This document shows, piece after piece, positions 58,501-64,000 of a stretch of 64,000 nucleotides of DNA. Both the position numbers and the translations under genes were made by a program. The notes below the pieces were generated by a model. That model was not told where the DNA came from. It saw only the letters and a program-made list of their open reading frames with translations, and ran no database searches. Positions within the stretch are counted from its first letter, which is position 1; every line of letters begins with the position of its first letter. Origin of the DNA: PVC group bacterium (GTDB lineage: Bacteria; Omnitrophota; Gorgyraeia; B26-G9); contig JAAEQR010000142.1 of NCBI GenBank assembly GCA_024231215.1, positions 356,593 through 420,592 on the forward strand. Direction: 5' to 3'.

Positions 58501-59229
58501 TTATATACCGCGCAAAAAACAATTTTTTACATGCTCACCGGCAAGCTTGGACATTATCTTCAGCTCCCCAATGGAATATGGCTTTATTTGACTTAGATCT
58601 TTATCCAACGTTTCTTTTGCTTCAAACTGCTGCAAAACATAACGCTTAGCTCCGCCGATAGATTCGGCTATATTCAAAATATCTTCCCGATTAATAAAAG
58701 AAGGCACTACCGTAGTTCTAAATTCATAATCTATTTTGCTGGCAAGTAAAATAGCAATGCTCTCACGAATACTCATAATATCTACAGCCGTACCAACTGC
58801 CTTTTCATAACGCGATTGTTCCAGCGGCGCTTTTATATCCATGGCTATATAATCTGCCAGATTATAATCTATAAGATCCCGGATTACGTCGGGATTGCTT
58901 CCATTTGTATCTACTTTTACTAACAATTCGTTTTTTTTCAACTCCGTTAAAAGCGGGCACAAATTTTTATTCAACGTGGGTTCTCCCCCTCCGATGACAA
59001 CTGCCTCTATCCAACCTTTTTTTTCGCTGAAAAACTTCACAATATGGTCAAAAGGAACGTCCGGAAGCTCTTGAGGCTCTGTAACTAAACTGCTTGAATG
59101 GCAGAAAGGACAACGGAAATTACATCCGGGAAGATAAATCACGCTGGAAAGTTTGCCTTCCCAGTCGATAAATGTAGACGGATTAAATCCTTTTATCGCA
59201 TATTCCATAATTACTAATACTCCCTTCAA
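58501..59229 (-). CDS. nrdG: anaerobic ribonucleoside-triphosphate reductase activating protein
   Basis: IDWEGKLSSVIYLPGCNFRCPFCHS...GGEPT. Confidence 0.7.
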   Translation of the reverse strand: MKGVLVIMEYAIKGFNPSTFIDWEGKLSSVIYLPGCNFRCPFCHSSSLVTEPQELPDVPFDHIVKFFSEKKGWIEAVVIGGGEPTLNKNLCPLLTELKKNELLVKVDTNGSNPDVIRDLIDYNLADYIAMDIKAPLEQSRYEKAVGTAVDIMSIRESIAILLASKIDYEFRTTVVPSFINREDILNIAESIGGAKRYVLQQFEAKETLDKDLSQIKPYSIGELKIMSKLAGEHVKNCFLRGI

Positions 59230-59268
59230 TTAAGATAGTTCCTATCTTAACACAAAAACAAGAAAAAA

Positions 59269-59326
59269 TAAACCCAGAAATTGTATTAGATACATATGAA
59301 AAATACTAATACAATTTCTGGGTTAA
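59269..59326. repeat. MITE-like palindromic element, minimal copy; hairpin with T-run on minus strand
   Basis: Perfect 19-20 bp inverted repeat taaacccagaaattgtattag / ctaatacaatttctgggtt around a 16-nt loop. On the minus strand it is followed by tttattttttctt. Lies between the grx-like gene and nrdG. Confidence 0.5.
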
Positions 59327-59375
59327 AGACACTGGAAATTAATTCATATTGCCAGAGCCCCTAAAAATCATTGAA

Positions 59376-59675
59376 CTATTTCGTCAAAAGGTGTTCTTTT
59401 ACCTTATCGGAATGAGGAACTTCCCCGTCCCAGCGGTCAAGAATTTCTTCGTTCTTCTCAATGATTGTAGTCGGGATCTGCATAACATCGTGATATGCTC
59501 CTTCGGCCATCCCATCAACCGTATCCATATCATGAAAAGTAATATCTACTTTATCTTCAACTTCCCATTTTGTTACAAAGAAGTTTATTTTATTTTTCGT
59601 AGTTTCACACTTAGCACATTCATTTTTTCCGAAAATCTTTATCTGCATACTACAACCCCCTCCTTTGTTGAACAA
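59376..59675 (-). CDS. glutaredoxin/NrdH-like small redox protein
   Basis: CAKC dithiol motif; 99 aa; sits between nrdD and nrdG. Confidence 0.5.
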   Translation of the reverse strand: MFNKGGGCSMQIKIFGKNECAKCETTKNKINFFVTKWEVEDKVDITFHDMDTVDGMAEGAYHDVMQIPTTIIEKNEEILDRWDGEVPHSDKVKEHLLTK

Positions 59676-59678
59676 GCA

Positions 59679-62102
59679 TTATTTTGAAGCAACTTTATAA
59701 TCCCCTTTATGCCGATCATCTAATTCGGCAAGCTTTGAAGGGTTCCAATTATTAACCCGGCTGAAATATCCCACAATCCGAGTGATATTATAAATATCAC
59801 TTGAATCACAATGTCCGCAATTATCTTCCATGCCCCTGGTTGTTTTTGAACAGGAATTACAAACTGTGAATTCCGGAGATATAGTGATCTGGGCTGCCTG
59901 TGTACTATCAAACGTCTTTTTCACCAAACTTAAAATTGAATCAGGATGCGGTTTCTGTTCACCGACAAAAGCGTGAATAATCGCTCCGGATTCGATCATC
60001 GTATGAAATTTGCTTTGCTTCTGTATCCGGGTAATTAAATCCAGAGATGCATCCGCACGAAAATGTATACTATTGGTGTAATAATAGCGGTCACTGTCAA
60101 TATCTCCCTTTATTACGTCCGCAGCTTGCGGAAACTGTCTCATATCTACCTTCGGCAAACGCCGGCAAGCAGACTCTGCAGGAGATTCTTCCAAAGAAAA
60201 TTTTAACCCGTATTTTTTCTGATACTCTTTTGTTTTCTGATGCATAAACGCAACAACCTTTAATCCCTGTTTAAAAGTTGTTTCTGATTCATGCAGTTCT
60301 TTTCCCGTTACATACTGCATACATTCATTAAGGCCGATCAATCCTATAATATATGTGCCCTTTTCCAAATCGATATAGGGCCGGCCGTCCTTGGCCGGTT
60401 TACCCATTTCCCACATAGGCATTCCTGGTTCCTGCATAATCTGGGTAATAAATTCTTTTTTCTCTAGATGAGCCGCTACTGCCAAATCCATCGCGTACCC
60501 AATCTCTTTGAACAGTTTATCAAAGTTGTCTTTTCCAGAACGATATCCTGCCTGCGGCAGATTTATAGTTACATTCTGGAAGCCGCAAAATCTCATACTC
60601 TCCGGATGTTCGATCATATAACGATCATCTATTTTCTGACGCAAACGACAGCACTGAGAAAGCACAGCTTCATCACCCCGGTCAAACACAAAATAAGTTG
60701 TGCCGTTTTCACTAGCAACAAGACAGGCATATTTCAATAATTCAAGCTGACGCGGATCTTCAAAAGATTCATTGCTGATATGGAAATCGCATTTCGGAAA
60801 AGCAAAGACACGTCCGTCCTTATCTCCGTCACGCCAAACATCCATCATCGCCTTGGCAAATTTTATTGCTGATTCCTCATAATCACCATAAGTTCTGCCC
60901 GTATATTTACCGTTGGCACCTATTGCCGGAATATCTTTAAGATAGTTCGGCACGCCGGTATGTACGTTAAAATCAATAAACAAACTCTGACTGCCGCGTG
61001 AAAATGCATTTTGTGAAGCAGAGAATATTAAATACTGTGCTTCCTGCTTCATTTCCTTTTCAGTCATATTTTCTACATACGGAGCATATAATATATTCAC
61101 ATATCCAATTCCCAGAGCTCCGGCATAATAGGCCTGAAGTGAAGCAAGAAATGTGTTCAAATGTCCCGTAAGTGTCCTTGCATATTTTGCCGGTCCGCTG
61201 GAAGTAAACAAATTACCCAGCTCAAGCCCGTATTTCTTAATATATTCTAAAGAATGAGAACTGCAATACGCTCTTGGATATCCTAAGTCATGAACATGAA
61301 TAACACCACGTAGATGAGCATTACCAACTTCTTCTGAAAATACTTTCTGCAGCATATACTGTTTTAATATTGTTTCAGCAATCGATAAATTTACAGCTTC
61401 CGGATTATTCGCGGCAATATTAGAGTTTTCACAGCTTTTAGAAAAAAGAAGTTGTTCCAGATCAAATGTCGGCATACCGATAATGCTCTGCCGGGTTAAA
61501 CTTTTATCCAACCCGCGTTCGAAAAGTTCATTATCAACCAATTCTCGGATAAGCGCGGTAGAAATCCTGGACAACCCGGAATTAAAAACTTTCTTTTCAA
61601 CGCTGGAAGCGATTTCCATAGCTACATCTTCAGCGATATTCGCCTCTTTCTGCAAAGCCAGGGCAATCCTGCCCTTATCCCAGCTTAATATTTCATCTTT
61701 TGCCAATGGGGTAACCAACAAAGCCAAATCTGTTGAACTAGAAGTCTTATGCACTCTTTTTCTTACCTTAAGACTAGTGCGAATTTTACTTCTTTTATCC
61801 CGATAAAGGATATATACTTTTGCAGTCTGAGCGTGTCCGGTTTCAATTAAAACCTTTTCCACCATATCCTGAATTTGTTCGATTGTGGGACTAGTTTCCA
61901 CAAAATTCTTCTCTAAAAATAACACAACAGCATTAGCAAGCTCTTCCGCCAAAAGTTTATCCTCTCCGCCGACAGCCTGCGCTGCTTTAAAAATAGCTTG
62001 TGTGATTTTCTTTTTATTAAAAGGTACTACCCTGCCATCTCTCTTGGTCACATATTGAAGACCAGCTCCCTCCATGGAATTTTTCTTGTCCTGTGCTAAC
62101 AT
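59679..62102 (-). CDS. nrdD: anaerobic ribonucleoside-triphosphate reductase (class III)
   Basis: N-terminal ATP cone. Zn ribbon CNSCSKTT...CGHCDS. C-terminal glycyl-radical motif TRIVGYFSRVNNWN. Confidence 0.85.
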   Translation of the reverse strand: MLAQDKKNSMEGAGLQYVTKRDGRVVPFNKKKITQAIFKAAQAVGGEDKLLAEELANAVVLFLEKNFVETSPTIEQIQDMVEKVLIETGHAQTAKVYILYRDKRSKIRTSLKVRKRVHKTSSSTDLALLVTPLAKDEILSWDKGRIALALQKEANIAEDVAMEIASSVEKKVFNSGLSRISTALIRELVDNELFERGLDKSLTRQSIIGMPTFDLEQLLFSKSCENSNIAANNPEAVNLSIAETILKQYMLQKVFSEEVGNAHLRGVIHVHDLGYPRAYCSSHSLEYIKKYGLELGNLFTSSGPAKYARTLTGHLNTFLASLQAYYAGALGIGYVNILYAPYVENMTEKEMKQEAQYLIFSASQNAFSRGSQSLFIDFNVHTGVPNYLKDIPAIGANGKYTGRTYGDYEESAIKFAKAMMDVWRDGDKDGRVFAFPKCDFHISNESFEDPRQLELLKYACLVASENGTTYFVFDRGDEAVLSQCCRLRQKIDDRYMIEHPESMRFCGFQNVTINLPQAGYRSGKDNFDKLFKEIGYAMDLAVAAHLEKKEFITQIMQEPGMPMWEMGKPAKDGRPYIDLEKGTYIIGLIGLNECMQYVTGKELHESETTFKQGLKVVAFMHQKTKEYQKKYGLKFSLEESPAESACRRLPKVDMRQFPQAADVIKGDIDSDRYYYTNSIHFRADASLDLITRIQKQSKFHTMIESGAIIHAFVGEQKPHPDSILSLVKKTFDSTQAAQITISPEFTVCNSCSKTTRGMEDNCGHCDSSDIYNITRIVGYFSRVNNWNPSKLAELDDRHKGDYKVASK

Positions 62103-62105
62103 CGC

Positions 62106-62567
62106 CTATGCCCTCCTCTTGTTTAAAAGATCTTTAAGTTCCCCTAAAAATTGATTAATGTCTGTAAACTGACGATACACTGAAGCAAACCGTACATAAG
62201 CAACTTCATCGATATCATGTAATTGATGCATTACCATCTCTCCGATATCTTTGCTGTTAACCTCTTTGTCATAGGTCCGCTGTAAAGCACGTTCAATCGC
62301 GTCTACTAATTCTTCTACTGTCTTCATGCTTACCGGACGTTTTTCACACGCCTTTAAAAGACCTGACAAAATTTTGTTTCTGTCAAACGGTTCTCTGCGT
62401 CCATCAGTTTTAATAACCATGAGTGTTGTCTTTTCAATATATTCATAAGTTGTAAACCGGCGTTGGCATTTTAAACACTCACGTCTTCTTCTAATTGCAT
62501 CACCCTCAGATGAAATACGAGAATCTACTACTTTATCTTCGATATTACCGCAAAATGGACATTTCAT
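62106..62567 (-). CDS. nrdR: transcriptional repressor NrdR
   Basis: [17 protein letters not shown]...[12 protein letters not shown] zinc ribbon plus ATP cone. Confidence 0.85.
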   Translation of the reverse strand: MKCPFCGNIEDKVVDSRISSEGDAIRRRRECLKCQRRFTTYEYIEKTTLMVIKTDGRREPFDRNKILSGLLKACEKRPVSMKTVEELVDAIERALQRTYDKEVNSKDIGEMVMHQLHDIDEVAYVRFASVYRQFTDINQFLGELKDLLNKRRA

Positions 62568-62628
62568 AAGGAAAGATTTTTTACCAATATTTTAAGCCGT
62601 TTATACATCATCTTGTAGTTACACTCTT

Positions 62629-62659
62629 GTTATACACCATATATAGTGTGGGTGTCAAA
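62629..62659 (-). promoter_or_regulatory. nrdR promoter (TTGACA, 18-nt spacer, TATAAC on minus strand) with embedded NrdR box
   Basis: Plus-strand acaccatatatagtgt at 62634-62649 fits the near-palindromic NrdR-box consensus acaCwAtATaTwGtgt. It lies between the -35 (62654-62659) and the -10 (62629-62634). Confidence 0.5.
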
Positions 62660-62735
62660 CCTTTTTTTTGCCAAAAAATGGAAGGAATTAGGGGTTTTAA
62701 CCAGCTGTTCGGCTGATTACATCAAAAAACTTCTA

Positions 62736-63224
62736 TTATATAGTTTTTTCGACTATCACTAACTCGATCAGTGCTTCTTTTAAAATTTTTTTTGCGTTTT
62801 CATCCGGATAATTAGCCGCAATTACGATCTTTTTTATTCCGGCATTTACAATCATTTTAGCGCAAATAATACATGGCTGCAAGGTACAATAAAGAATACC
62901 CTCTTTTACACTAATACCATAATGAGCTGCCTGTAAAAGTGCGTTCATTTCCGCGTGTAAGGCCCGGCAAAGTTCATGCCGTTGGCCGGAAGGAACTTTC
63001 AACTCTTCCCGCAAACATCCAATATCCTGACAATGTTTAAGTCCGGAAGGAGCACCGTTATACCCTGTGGTTAAAATTCGTTTATCCTTTACAACCACCG
63101 CGCCAACTTGCCTTCTTAAACATGTAGACCGCTGCGCCACCAATTGGGCAATGCCTAAAAAATACTGATCCCAGCTTGGACGATTATCTATCATTTTCTT
63201 TTTTCTACTTATTTTTTTCTTCAT
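62736..63224 (-). CDS. dCMP/cytidine deaminase family (ComEB-like)
   Basis: HAEMNALL...[13 protein letters not shown] zinc motifs. Confidence 0.75.
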   Translation of the reverse strand: MKKKISRKKKMIDNRPSWDQYFLGIAQLVAQRSTCLRRQVGAVVVKDKRILTTGYNGAPSGLKHCQDIGCLREELKVPSGQRHELCRALHAEMNALLQAAHYGISVKEGILYCTLQPCIICAKMIVNAGIKKIVIAANYPDENAKKILKEALIELVIVEKTI

Positions 63225-63228
63225 AATA

Positions 63229-64000
63229 TTACTTATATAAAGGAAAGCGTTTTGCTAACACATTCACTCTACTTTTAAACTTTCTGATTTCTGCCGCAGA
63301 TAGATCCGCATCTTTGATTAAAGCATCATCTAAAATTGCCGCGATTTGATTCATTTGAGTTTCTTTCATACCCCTGGTTGTTACTGCAGGCGTCCCTAAA
63401 CGAATTCCGCTGGTTACCATGGGAGACTTTGCATCAAACGGAATCAAGTTTTTATTTATCGTTATATTTATTTTCCCCAATAATGCCTGAGCATCTTTAC
63501 CTGTAATCTCCCGGCTGTTTAAATTAACCAGCATAAGATGAGTATCAGTCCCGCCGGCAACAATACGAAAACCTCTTTTTGTCAAAGCACCGGCTAAAGC
63601 TTTAGCATTAGCTACCACCTGCGCTTGATATTTTTTAAATCCAGGGTTTAAGGCTTCTTTTAAAGCTACTGCCTTGGCTGCAATTGTATGCATTAACGGG
63701 CCTCCCTGCATCCCGGGAAAGACATTAAGATCAACTTTTTTAGCAAATTCTTTTCTGCATAATATCATGCCACCGCGCGGCCCTCGTAATGTTTTATGCG
63801 TAGTCGTAGTTACAAATTCAGCATATTTTATCGGAGACATGTGAACTCCTGCTGCAACCAGTCCGGCAATATGCGCCATATCTACTAAAAGATATGCTCC
63901 TACACTATCACATATTTTACGAAATTTTTTAAAATCAATTTTTCCAGGGTAAGCCGAAGCTCCGGCTAAAATCAGTTTTGGTTTATACTTTTTTGCCTTT
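63229..64000 (-). CDS. glyA: serine hydroxymethyltransferase, C-terminal part (continues beyond window end)
   Basis: [12 protein letters not shown] and upstream in-frame [16 protein letters not shown]. The reading frame stays open through coordinate 64000; the M at 63879 is internal. Confidence 0.85.
   Translation of the reverse strand, partial: KAKKYKPKLILAGASAYPGKIDFKKFRKICDSVGAYLLVDMAHIAGLVAAGVHMSPIKYAEFVTTTTHKTLRGPRGGMILCRKEFAKKVDLNVFPGMQGGPLMHTIAAKAVALKEALNPGFKKYQAQVVANAKALAGALTKRGFRIVAGGTDTHLMLVNLNSREITGKDAQALLGKINITINKNLIPFDAKSPMVTSGIRLGTPAVTTRGMKETQMNQIAAILDDALIKDADLSAAEIRKFKSRVNVLAKRFPLYK

Noticed and set aside
63229-63879. Track start of glyA at the M at 63879
   Set aside because: The frame remains open upstream and encodes the conserved SHMT sequence [16 protein letters not shown]. 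The gene continues past coordinate 64000.

Overview
This is a 64-kb, AT-rich, gene-dense bacterial window with roughly 60 protein genes, almost all on the minus strand. Several genes (lptE-like, bamD-like, an AsmA-like giant, murJ, a PEP-CTERM protein) indicate a diderm Gram-negative. Seven radical-SAM enzymes plus a class III ribonucleotide reductase operon (nrdR-nrdD-grx-nrdG) indicate an anaerobe. No rRNA, CRISPR array, integrase or transposase is visible. The main content is listed below.

- **Glycan/isoprenoid-lipid operon (about 1..19040, minus strand, 19 kb).** Its gene content is listed in the first finding.
- **Housekeeping block.** ogt-uvrC(short)-murJ, a divergent rpsT, holA, lptE-like, bamD-like, PilZ, an AsmA-like 1008-aa protein, nnrE (YjeF-N), accA, a LysM L,D-transpeptidase, a GAF-GGDEF cyclase with a leaderless SBP-like partner, and a PEP-CTERM C39-like peptidase.
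- **Further on.** A HEAT-repeat protein, an SNase, TPR proteins, dus, a cupin, yjcH-actP, two flavoproteins, a GT-SDR fusion, a PNPOx-like protein, a pseudopilin-domain membrane protein, a methyltransferase, an SplB-like rSAM, tRNA-Phe, an AmrS-like rSAM, nrdG, a glutaredoxin-like protein, nrdD, nrdR, dCMP deaminase and the 3-prime part of glyA.

Non-genic observations: a family of three small palindromic MITE-like elements with conserved TTAAACCCAGAA-type termini sits just upstream of three minus-strand genes. A diverged duplicate of the ogt 3-prime end flanks a one-gene insertion next to a 9-bp tandem repeat. A canonical NrdR box sits inside the nrdR promoter. The most likely novel system is the isoprenoid/glycan operon, which looks like a dolichol-like or ether-lipid-like polyprenyl carrier pathway with radical-SAM tailoring; this is inference from domain signatures only. 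The lineage is unknown; the content would fit a low-GC anaerobic candidate phylum.
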